Positions 1-10,295 of a stretch of 19,343 nucleotides of DNA are shown one piece after another. The notes under the pieces were generated by a model. The model worked only from the letters and a program-made list of their open reading frames with translations, was not told where the DNA came from and did not search any database. The number at the start of each line of letters is the position of its first letter. Within the stretch, counting starts at the first letter, position 1. Where the stretch lies: NCBI RefSeq assembly GCF_006345805.1, contig NW_021824393.1, positions 1 through 19,343 on the forward strand. Reading direction: 5' to 3'. This stretch comes from Octopus sinensis (Eukaryota). The position numbers and the translations under genes were made by a program.

Positions 1-758
1 GGCCTGAACATAGAGGGGACAAACATGGACAGACATAGGTATTAAGTCGATTATATCGGCCCCAGTGCTTAACTGGTACTTATTTTATCGACCCCGAAAG
101 GATGAAACGGCAAGTCGACCTCGGCGGAATTTGAACTCAGAACGTAACGGCAGACGAAATACCTATTTCTTTATTACCCACAAGGGGTGAACATAGAGGG
201 GACAAACATGGACAGACATAGGTATTAAGTCGATTGTATCGCCCCCAGTGCTTAACTGGTACTTAATTTATCGACCCCGAAAGGATGAAAGGCAAAGTCG
301 ACCTCGGCGGAATTTGAACTCAGAACGTAACGGCAGACGAATACCTATTTCTTTATTACCCACAGGGGCTGAACATAGAGGGGACAAACATGGACAGACA
401 TAGGTATTAAGTCGATTATATCGACCCCAGTGCTTAACTGGTACTTAATTTATCGACCCCGAAAGGATGAAAGGCAAAGTCGACCTCGGCGGAATTTGGA
501 ACTCAGAACGTAACGGCAGACGAAATACCTATTCTTTATTACCCACAAGGGGCTAAACATGAGGGGGACAAACATGGACAGACATAGGTATTAAGTCGAT
601 TATATCGACCCACTGCTTAACTGGTACTTAATTTATCGACCCCGAAAGGATGAAAGGCAAAGTCGACCTCGGCGGAATTTGAACTCAGAACGTAACGGCA
701 GACGAAATACCGCTAAGCATTTCGCCCGGAGTGCTAACGATTCTGCTAGCTCGCCGCC
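1..758 (-). mobile_element. tRNA-derived SINE family A: one head followed by a tandem array of >=4 ~183-bp body units (array runs off the window start)
   Basis: The minus strand starts GGCGGCGAGCTAGCAGAATCG (A-box-like), then GAGTTCAAATTCC (B box) and GCCTTTCATCCTTTCGGGGTCGATAAATTAAGTACC (resembles the central domain of Meta-type SINEs, from recall). Unit junctions at ~163, 345, 529 and 711 give periods of 182-184 bp. Confidence 0.85.
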
Positions 759-771
759 TTGAATAAAATAC

Positions 772-868
772 CGATAAAATAAAATACCAGTCAAGTTTTG
801 CGGTCGATGGAAAAGACTAATCTCATTTCCCTTTAAAATTCCTGGCTTGGTGCCAACATTTCCAAGAA
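772..868 (+). mobile_element. degenerate 3' part of SINE family A (alternative tail type)
   Basis: cgataaaataaaataccagtc...gcggtcgatg...gactaatc...aaattcctggcttggtgcc is similar to the tails at ~12930-13020 and ~14550-14630. Confidence 0.55.
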
Positions 869-1091
869 GATCTACGCTCGCCTTTTGAACTACGCAACGT
901 CTTCGTACTTCTACCAATATCCAGATTAATGCCATCAAATTTAATAGTTTCTTCGTGTGTTGACATGAAGCTTGGTCAGATTAGCACTCTTCGATTCTTG
1001 ATGGTTATCTTGAGACAAAACTTTACTATTTCCTCTTTTTTTTCCCCTACTTTTCAAAGAATTCATTCAATCCACAATATCAATACAATGA

Positions 1092-1323
1092 ACACACACA
1101 TACATAAACAAATATATATATATATATATATTTCCTTACACATATCTACATACATAATATGTATATATATGCGTGTATATATATATATATATATCTATAG
1201 ATACATCTCTCTCTCATTTCTCTCTCTCTCTCTCTCCTCTATATATATATATAATATATATATATATGTATATATAATTTACACACACACACAATATATA
1301 TATATATAAATAGGTAGTATGTA

Positions 1324-1358
<35 letters not shown>

Positions 1359-1372
1359 TATGTATATATATG

Positions 1373-1407
<35 letters not shown>

Positions 1408-1522
1408 AGGTATATATATGTATATATATTATAATATATATAATATATATATATGTACGTATATATAGTATATATATATATATATGTATATATATATGTA
1501 TATGTATGTATATATATGTGTG
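1092..1522. repeat. compound (TA)n/(TC)n/(CA)n/(TATG)n microsatellite
   Basis: Read directly from the sequence; the ORFs here are YI/IY low-complexity artefacts. Confidence 0.95.
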
Positions 1523-2071
1523 TGCTGGAAGATACCACTAGCATAGTAGTAAAGATGTAGGCATTGATAATATCAACAGTGATAGCTTCAATTCATATTA
1601 TTTATTGTAGTAACGAAACCATAACGATTATTATCTATATATACTGCGTCTTCATTAACAATACACGTCCATTCTTATTAATAACAAAGTTGCACGCGAT
1701 GGTTCAACATATCGTTTCTATCGGCATACATACATACGTATATATATATGTATATATATATGTATGTATGTGTGTATGCATATATGTTCATATATCTTAA
1801 AACGTGTGTGTATTCGTGGAGAAGATAAGACAGAGGGGGATACTGCTGGAAACGGCGATGGAATTTGGAAGTTTATTGTTGCTAACAAAACACACATGAC
1901 TCATTAGGGAATCTTGTAAATCAATTCCTTAATAAAAACTAGAGCAGAGTCGGCGTTTTCAAGTAACGTACAATTGTAACGTAGAACGAAGCATCTTCCT
2001 TAAGTACACGAACATATAAACATACAGTATATATAAATACACACACACCTAGCTTTCTTTTTATCTATCTA

Positions 2072-2468
2072 CTAGCAGTATAACCCGGCGTTGCTCAGGT
2101 TCGTTTTCTTTTCGACCCTTTAGAATTGGAATATTTGAAAAGTAAAAATTTTGCATTGTGTAGCTTGTTATTCTCTTTAAGTGAACATTTTTCTGGTTGA
2201 AATACACCGAAAAATGGCGACACAGCAGTCAAAAAATTGTAAAAAATAGGGATTTTCATAGAAAAAAAAGTACCTTTTTAATGTAAATAATTTTTGGTAT
2301 TAACATGGTCCGATTTGAATTTTTTTCTTCTACGGAAGGAAGAGCAAGCCTTCTTCTATGATACTCTCAATTTTGGTCAACTTGCGCCGCAGGGTCTCGG
2401 AGGAGATAATATTAGTTGAAGGCTACCAAACCTGCCACATACAGACAACTGCAGCTTTATATATAAAG

Positions 2469-2469
<1 letters not shown>
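2072..2469 (-). mobile_element. non-autonomous Helitron (~398 bp)
   Basis: The minus strand begins TCTTTATATATAAAGCTGCAGTTG and ends ACCTGAGCAACGCCGGG (GC hairpin)-TTATACTG-CTAG. It sits between A and T of a (TATC)n run with no TSD, and its termini match the element at 6152-6672. Confidence 0.8.

Positions 2470-2544
<75 letters not shown>
2470..2544. repeat. (TATC)n microsatellite
   Basis: Read directly from the sequence. Confidence 0.95.
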
Positions 2545-2603
2545 CTGACAAAAAATGGATACGAATTTCATTATATCAAGCAGCGAGTCAGAATTCGAAG
2601 GAT

Positions 2604-3860
2604 TTAAGGAGGGCTGGGCATGCCGTGGTTGATGATGCGCAGACACGCGCTGAGACTGCGACATCTCCGGCTCTATGTAGACGACGGTGAACAGGTGTGG
2701 TCGCCGTTTGTGAGGCACGCATTCCCGCAACTCGTCTCCATGACCGAACTGCAGTCGTGGATTAAAAAGAGGCCGAGGAAGGGCGAATGGCACCGCAAGT
2801 GTCGCGTTGCTCTCAAGCAACTCTGCCGTCCCGAGTCGACCTTGAGTGACTTCAACACAACCAAAGCATTCTATAGGGGATTAGTGGAGGGGAGGTACGA
2901 CGACGAGCTCGGGGCAAACCTGGGCGTCGCCGAGGAATACCTGACCCGCCTGTTTGAAACGACTTTCGGCCCGGGACCTATGGACAACTTCCAGAGATCC
3001 CTGGCCTGGCGGTGCTACCGAGAAGCGCTACCCGTTCGGGATAAGCTCTACAGACACGGCTCGAGAAACACGGGGCCGACCTGCCCGAGATGCGGGCAGA
3101 GCGACGAAACCGCTCTGCACGCAATCGTGCAGTGTCCAGCAATTTCCCACCTGTGGGCTTATGTCGAACGACTGCTGTCACGTGTGGGACGAGTCGGTTT
3201 ATCAGCCGAGTCTATCGTTAATATCGTCACGCCTCCTTCCTTCAAACGGGAAGGAAGAGCTATTTTTATTATACTTGTGGCTATGGCGAAAGAATGTATC
3301 TGGTGGACGCGCCTGAAAGGATTAGAGACAAACACTTTCCTCTCTGGTCAATCTCTCATCAACTTCTTCAAGTATCACTTGAAGAGAAAGTGAGAGTAGA
3401 GAGGCAAGTTTTGTCTAGTGAATGTTTTAAAAAAGATGGGTGAATGTAGCAAGGATGGCACGTATGAATGACGAAGCCACCTTGACTATGATTCTATGAA
3501 CCATAAAAATTAATACAGAGAGTGCTTATTTGCAAAAAAAAAGAAGAAATATAACATGTGACTTCATTGACCGAGGTTGCCGTGGTCTTTTCCGTAGGCT
3601 TTTCTTTCCACGGGTAAACCTCACCTGTCCTCCCCTTTACACTTCATATTGACATTTCTGTGATAACGATCCCTATTATTCATTTTTTTCTCCCCCCCCC
3701 TTTTTTTTTTAACCCCTCCCTTTTTTTGTCCTTTTTCTTTCCTTTTACGATCCCTTTTGATCAAAAACCACCATTCTCTTTTTTTTTACCCCCAAAAGAA
3801 AAGCTCTACCTTGTAATTTGTTCTATCTGTGTGCAGCCCTGTGTGGCTAATAAAGAAACA
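2604..3860 (+). mobile_element. 5'-truncated non-LTR retrotransposon (L1/Tx1-like): ORF2 C-terminus plus 3' UTR
   Basis: GGLGMP post-RT motif (from 2608) and a CCHC knuckle CPRCGQSDETALHAIVQC (zf-RVT type). A pyrimidine-rich 3' UTR ends with AATAAA just before (TATC)n. Confidence 0.85.
2608..3499 (+). pseudogene. ORF2 C-terminal fragment with zinc knuckle of the Tx1/L1-like LINE
   Basis: The frame is open 2608-3393. Adding one A to each of two A-runs (~3388, ~3430) extends it as KRKVRVERQVLSSECFKKRWVNVARMARMNDEATLTMIL* (TGA at 3497-3499). Confidence 0.75.
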
Positions 3861-3944
3861 TATCTATCTATCTGTCTGTCTGTCTAGCTATCTATTTATG
3901 TCTATCTATCTATCAATCTATCTATCTATCTATCTATCTGTCTA

Positions 3945-3985
<41 letters not shown>

Positions 3986-4000
3986 GTCTGTCTATCTATT

Positions 4001-4055
<55 letters not shown>

Positions 4056-4060
4056 GTCTA

Positions 4061-4101
<41 letters not shown>

Positions 4102-4116
4102 GTCTGTCTATCTATT

Positions 4117-4155
<39 letters not shown>

Positions 4156-4160
4156 GTCTA

Positions 4161-4205
<45 letters not shown>

Positions 4206-4274
4206 GTCTGTCTATCTATTTCTATCTATCTATCTATCTATCCATCCATCCATCTATCTATCTATCTATCTATC
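3861..4274. repeat. compound (TATC)n/(TGTC)n microsatellite with ~105-116 bp higher-order period
   Basis: The marker ctatgtctgtctatctatttc recurs at ~3982, ~4098 and ~4203. Confidence 0.95.
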
Positions 4275-5654
4275 AGCATAAAATTAGGTTTTGAAGAAAA
4301 AAAGTTATCTAGATGTATTTTGACTCCATTTAAATCGTTAAATGTTTTTCCTTGCAATGAGTTCTGTAAAGACAAAAACAAGCGGAAGTCGGATGGCGCA
4401 ATATCAGGAGAATGGGGTAAGAGTTCCCAGCTAAGTTCATGTAACTTTGTCAGGGTAGCCAAAGACACATGTAGTCAGGCATTGTCTTGTTGGAACACTA
4501 CCCCGTTCCTGTTGGCAATCTCCGCTCTCAATTCTTTGATTCTTTTGCTCAAGTTAGCCAGCTGACGACAGTCCACATCAAAATTAGTCTAGTTTTCTGA
4601 GAGAAGCTCATAACAGATAATGCCTTTATGATTCCACCAAACAAAAGTATAGCTATTTTGGCATGGATATTCGTCTTTGGTTGCTGTTTTGGGGGACTCT
4701 TACGTAAATTCCAGGACCTTTTTCACACTACGTATTCGTACCCAACCAATTTTTCCTCTTCAGTCACAAGTTGTTAAAAAAAGGCGTGTTTTTATTCCGT
4801 TTCAAAAGCATATCATAAACGGAACACCGGTCCAAGCAATTCTTTTTTGAGAGTTTGTAAGGAACCCATACATTATAGCGAAAAATGTAGCCTAGTTTCA
4901 CTAGGCTTTCGTCAGCTGTACTTCTAGAAACTTCCAACTTCTCTGCAAGTTCTCTAGTCAATACCACCATGACCGATATCCAAACTACAGTGGAGAAGGC
5001 TAGCAACTGGATTTGATTAAAAAGAGACGATGAGCGATGGCTAGAAGAATATTGAGCTTTATTTGATAACCAGTTTATCTAGCAAGCGGAGACTCATATC
5101 AGTGAGCGGGGCCGGTGCGCATTGATGCCGTCGAGAATTAGGCCCCGAAACGGCGTACATTCTCTCCTGATGACCCCATACACTTGCTGGCTTCCGGTAT
5201 GCAGAGTTTTTGACTGGTAGCACTTGCATGTGCAAATTGTTTGCAAGACATGAGTTTTCTTCGATTTTTGCCTTCAAAACATCTTCATCCAATTTTGAAG
5301 CATTTCCATTGCAATCTCTCCAGCTTTAAATTTTGCAAACCACCTTCGAACACTTGATTTATCTACAGCATCATCACCGTAAACTTTACAAACGCTTTTG
5401 CAAGTCTTTGTAGCCTTTTCTCCATTTGAGAAAAAGCATTACAACGCAAATATGAAATTTTTGGTTATCCATTTCTAATGTCAATAAAAAGTAACGGTTT
5501 TGAAAGATAAATCTATTTTAAGTCAGGTACAAAAAAGATATGCACAACCACTTCAAGTAACACCAAAGTTTTAACTGTTTTACATTTCAGGTGTGTCCAA
5601 TGAAGCGTTAAAAGATTTATCTTAAAAACGATCAGTACTAATCGGACAACCTAA
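4272..5654 (-). mobile_element. decayed Tc1/mariner (mariner, Hsmar1/cecropia-like) transposon, 3' end lost, interrupted at 4962-5246
   Basis: 5' TIR TTAGGTTGTCCGATTAGTACTGATCGTTTTT with flanking TA (5655-5656) and ATG at 5472. Motifs: VYGDDAVDKSSVRRWFAKFK, TRELAEKL, WVPYKL (WVPHEL), VTEEEK (VTGDEK), QQDNA* (HDNA), HSPDIAPSDFRLFLSLQNSL (YSPDLAPSD). Multiple frameshifts and stops. Confidence 0.92.
4962..5246 (+). mobile_element. ~285-bp insertion in the mariner; probable 3' end of a Hero-like RLE-clade LINE
   Basis: It interrupts the mariner between ENSCL and TRELA, with CAA at both junctions. The + strand encodes DIQTTVEKASNWILIK/RDDERWLEEY* (one frameshift), similar to the EKASxWxWxKR C-terminus recalled for Hero-type elements, followed by a GC-richer UTR. 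Confidence 0.55.
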
Positions 5655-5920
5655 TATATAAGAAATGGCCAACTTATTTATTGAATTTAAGTATTACTAC
5701 AAACAAAAATACAAATATCTTTCCTTAGGTCAATAGCCTGGTGGCTCGAAGATATAAATATAAAACGAATAAAAACAAAATATAATAATGCTATTAAAGT
5801 GCACACACAAATTTAGTAGAAACATACTTCTTCTAAAACAAAGAATAACTAGAACTTTCATTTAGTTTCGTCGCGACAATTTGTTATGAAACCTTATTAA
5901 CGCTCACCGGTTCGATGTGT

Positions 5921-6850
5921 ACTCGTTTACTCTTTAACTCTTTTACTTGTTTCAGTTATTTGACTGTGGCCATGCTGGAGCATCGCCTTTAGTTGAGCAT
6001 ATCGACCCCAGGACTTATTCTTTGTAAACCTAGTACATAGTTTATCGATTTCTTTTGCCGAACCGCTAAGTTACAGGGACGTAAACACACCAGCATCGGG
6101 TGTCAAGCGATGTAGGGGGGACAAACACAGACACATAAACACATACATATATCTATATATATAAAACTCTAGTTGTGTGAGTGTCTGTCCCCTTCGATTT
6201 AGATTCCTAACTCCTCCCACATTTTGCGGTGCAGTTTAACCAAATTCGGGTATCATAAGATACCTATAAAGCCGTGATTCATATCGAGCCCGTCTGGCTA
6301 TTAGCGCGCGTCAACGATGAGTCTACGATTTTTAAAATAATTTAACATAATTTTTTATTCCATTTTAATGCATAATTTTTCGTGTGTCGATGGCGGCGGA
6401 GTTGGCGTCCACGCTCACAGCTGCACCTGTTTGCTTCTCCCCCTTCCCTCCCTCGTGAAGCTGTGGGGAAGGGAGTGTAAAGAAATCAACGTCGTAATGC
6501 GTTGTCAAGGAGACCAGCGTTCTTTTAGAACAACGACTTCATGGCTTGAAGACACCAAAACAGAAATGGCTAAGAAAGCCCGAATTAGCATCTATAAGGG
6601 AAGTAACTCTCTAAAAATGCTTATATAGTTATTTCCCTTACAAACCCGAGCAACGCCGGGCGATACTACTAGTATATATATAAATATACATATATACGAC
6701 GGGCTTCTTTCAGTTTCCGTCTACCAAATCCACTCACAAGACTCTGGTCGGCCGGATGCTAGAGTAGAAGACACTTGTCCAAGGTGCCACGCAGTGGGAC
6801 TGAACCCGAAACCATGTGGTTGGTAAGCAAGCTACTTACCACACAGCCAC
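5921..6850 (-). mobile_element. tRNA-derived SINE family C (CORE-like domain, internal microsatellite, RTE-like tail), split by a Helitron
   Basis: Head GTGGCTGTGTGGTAAG...GGTTCAGTCCC (A/B boxes) and GGCACCTTGGACAAGTG (CORE-like). The tail CCAGCATGGCCACAGTCAAATAACTGAAACAAGTAAAAGAGT is also seen on + at ~15635-15685 and ~15915-15960. Halves lie at 6673-6850 and 5921-6151. Confidence 0.8.
6152..6672 (+). mobile_element. non-autonomous Helitron (~521 bp)
   Basis: 5' TCTATATATATAAAACTCTAGTTG; 3' CCCGAGCAACGCCGGG hairpin (6645-6660) then CTAG (6669-6672). Flanked by A6151 and T6673 with no TSD. Confidence 0.85.
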
Positions 6851-6989
6851 TTATGTTTTTCTTTAAAAATTTTCGTTGCTTCTTGTGTTTCATTTTGTTT
6901 GTTTTTGCGCATGTGTGTGCGTCAGCGTGGATATGTATACGCATAAGTATATATGCATGTATGTATGCATGCATGTATGTATGTATGTC

Positions 6990-7366
6990 AACGGCCATCC
7001 AATAAATGTCTTAAGGCTGTATCATGCGCGGGGACATAGAGATAATCGGACTGAATACCCGATCGTGCGGTTAAACCATTGGGAGTGAAGGAGTCCCAGC
7101 CTTTGTTAGGGCATCCTTCTAGGAGAAGGCAACTCAGGTAACTGGGAAAACTCCGACATAAAACCTGCAGCTCAGTGGTTACCGATGATGTTGACTTGTT
7201 CTTCTTTTCGGATTTTGGCTGCTGTTGCTTAGTGAGTGGGATTGACTCAGTGCACAGCCTTTCCTCACTTTAAAAGAAATCTTCTTGCACAGGCATTGTA
7301 TGATAACAACATTGATTAAGCTTCGTGCAATGGCCATACTCGATAACAAAGGGGCAGCCACCACCA
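6990..7366 (+). mobile_element. probable non-autonomous element related to RTE-LINE 5' UTRs, between (TATG)n runs
   Basis: GGCATCCTTCTAGGAGAAGGCAACTC and CCTCACTTTAAAAG...CTTGCACAGG resemble RTE 5'-UTR motifs (from recall). It is a discrete GC-richer block bounded by (TATG)n. Confidence 0.4.
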
Positions 7367-7952
7367 TGTATGTATGTATGTATGTATGTTTTATTTCCTT
7401 GTATTGGATATAAAGTATAACGAAGTAGTGGGGAAGAAAGTATATACACAACGCACTACTATTACTATCACACGATACTCAACGCTCTATGTCAAAGGCT
7501 CACAGTGAACTGCTACCCACGCGAACTGCCAATCGCTCACACTTCTTTGTTTCATAACAATGAATCAGTTTTAGTCACTTGGTGGGTGGTCGGAATCCTT
7601 CCACAACAGTAGGTATGATGTATGGATGTATGTATGTGTATACGTATGTAGTCTGTATATTCATGTCAATCTGTATGCATGTTTGTGCATTTGTCTTCCT
7701 TGAAACCGGGAAGATTTTTGGTGGGGACTACCATATGTGCAGCATTTTGGAAAAGGGCCAGTAACTCCCTTGGGGGGCCACCTAGAGACTTGGGACCATT
7801 TTCATTGTCTTCCTAGGAATATTTCACGGAAAAATTAACTTTTAGTTTTTCAGGAAATATTGCATCCTTTCTTCCTATAAATTGCTAGACAAACACACAG
7901 ACAGACGTTCATCTTTATTACATAGATATATATATATATACATAAATATAAG

Positions 7953-7990
7953 GTGAGGCGTGGCTCCGCGGTAAGAAGCTTGCTTCCCAG
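7953..7990 (+). mobile_element. isolated 5' head fragment of SINE family C
   Basis: GGCGTGGCTCCGCGGTAAGAAGCTTGCTTCCCA matches the head at 6850-6820 on the minus strand. Confidence 0.6.
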
Positions 7991-8050
7991 TACGTATGTA
8001 TGTATGTATGTATGTATGTATGTATGTATGTATGTATGTATGTATGTATG

Positions 8051-8142
<92 letters not shown>
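7991..8142. repeat. (TATG)n-(TA)n-(CA)n-(TA)n microsatellite
   Basis: Read directly from the sequence. Confidence 0.95.
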
Positions 8143-8456
8143 GTGGAGGTGATATGGCCCAGTGGTTAGGGCAGCGGGCTCGCGGTCGTAGGATCGCGGT
8201 TTCGTTTCCCAGATCGGGTGTTGCGAGTGTTTATTGAGCGAAAACACCTAAAGCTCCACGAGGCTCCGGCAGGGGGTGGTGGCGATCCCTGCTGTACTCT
8301 TTCACCACAACTTTCTCCCACTCATTCTTCTGTTGGCCTGCTCGCTTAGCCAGCGGGGTGGCGTCATTTGAAGGCTAAAAACAATGCAAAGCGCATTGTG
8401 ACCAGCGATGTGTAGCAACATCTGATAGCCTGGTCGGTCACGGTGATCACAGTGAT
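8143..8456 (+). mobile_element. tRNA-derived SINE family B, variant with an alternative 3' half
   Basis: A box TGGCCCAGTGG and B box GTTTCGTTTCC. It matches the other B copies to ~8330, then has a different tail ending TCACGGTGA-TCACAGTGA. Confidence 0.8.
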
Positions 8457-8864
<408 letters not shown>

Positions 8865-9786
8865 TAATATATATATATATATATACGCATGTATTCAGTC
8901 AGATGTGTCAAAAATATGAGCATTTTCCGCGTGCAATTTTTTCTCTTCATTTTTTTTTCCGTCCCTTTCTCCTTCACTTTTCATCTCTTTCCCCTTTCTC
9001 ATTTTCACTTTTCTCAAGTATTTGATGAATGTTACAAGTTCGAAACGTTATAAACCGTACGCTTTCCATTCTTCCTCGGGCGCCAACCTAATAGCATTAA
9101 CTGTGAACGTCATATGCACTTTTGCTATTTTCTGTCTTTATTTCTCTATTTGCTATTCATCCATCTATCCATATATATATATATATATATAAGGAATTTT
9201 TCTTCGAAGTATACGTCTCGCTTTTATCCTTCGAAACGTTTAGTAGATGAAATCTTAGCGACTGAAGAAGGGGATTTTTCGTTGTGCTTATTGTCCTGTA
9301 TCTCTCCCTTTTTTTGCTTGTCTTGTTCCTTGGTTTGTGTCTATGTGTTTCGTCTCTCTATGTGTTCGACGTCTTTTTGGTGTCCTGTACACATATATGC
9401 GTGTATATGTACATGTAGAGGTAGGTACGTACATATATGTTTATATATATGCATATATTCTATTTTATTAACATATATATATATATATACTTACATAATT
9501 TTTCAAAAAATGATGTATCGTTAATGAGATGAAAAGCGTTCATTGTGCACATCTTTTAATAAACTGATAATTTTTGTTTATTTTTAGAATATATGGATGT
9601 GTATGTACGCGCGTGGATCTGTATTTATATATATTTATAAGTACATGTATGTGTATATGCTTGTGGTTTGTTATTTTTCTATGAGTGTGTGTGTAGTAAT
9701 TCATCTGTTTAATGGATTTCATATGTCAGTACAATAAAAGATTTATATGTAAATATGTACTTTGTGTATAAGTATGTGTATACTTA

Positions 9787-9806
9787 AAATATACATACAT
9801 ACCTAA

Positions 9807-9857
<51 letters not shown>

Positions 9858-9986
9858 ATCTATCTATTTTTCTATATATCTATCTATCTTATATCTATAT
9901 GCGTGTATATATATATATATATACATATATATGTATACATATGTATATATTCATATATTCACACACACACACATATATATGTAATA

Positions 9987-10024
<38 letters not shown>

Positions 10025-10241
10025 AGTAAATATGTATATATACGTACGTATACATATTTCTATACATACATACATGTATACATACATATATATATATATA
10101 TATATACATATGCTTGTGTGTGTATGTATATATACATACATATATATAAGCACACGCACACACACATATATGTATATATACACACACATATATATAAGTA
10201 AATATCTATATATACGTACGTATACATACATGTATACAAAC

Positions 10242-10273
<32 letters not shown>

Positions 10274-10295
10274 GCTTGTGTATATATATATTATG
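9787..10295. repeat. compound (TATC)n/(TA)n/(CA)n low-complexity tract with a ~165-175 bp internal duplication
   Basis: tatataagtaaatat.tatatatacgtacgtatacata occurs at ~10020 and ~10192; catatgcttgtgt occurs at ~10107 and ~10269. Confidence 0.9.

Noticed and set aside
1-711. Regular repeats as a possible CRISPR array
   Set aside because: The units are wholly repeated ~183-bp sequences with no unique spacers, there are no cas genes, and the context is eukaryotic SINE DNA.
929-1544. YI/IY-rich ORFs (also 3829-4294, 7850-8667, 9899-10310, 17662-17980)
   Set aside because: Microsatellite translation artefacts.
1897-1903. AP-1-like site TGACTCA
   Set aside because: A single 7-mer is expected by chance in 19 kb, and there is no supporting promoter evidence.
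5141-5180. GAAA...CTGATGA as a hammerhead in the Hero-like UTR
   Set aside because: Stems I and II cannot form.
7860-7926. Helitron-like 5' end on the minus strand (TCTATGTAATAAAGATGAACGTCTGTCTG)
   Set aside because: No matching hairpin-CTAG 3' end was found, so the element cannot be delimited.
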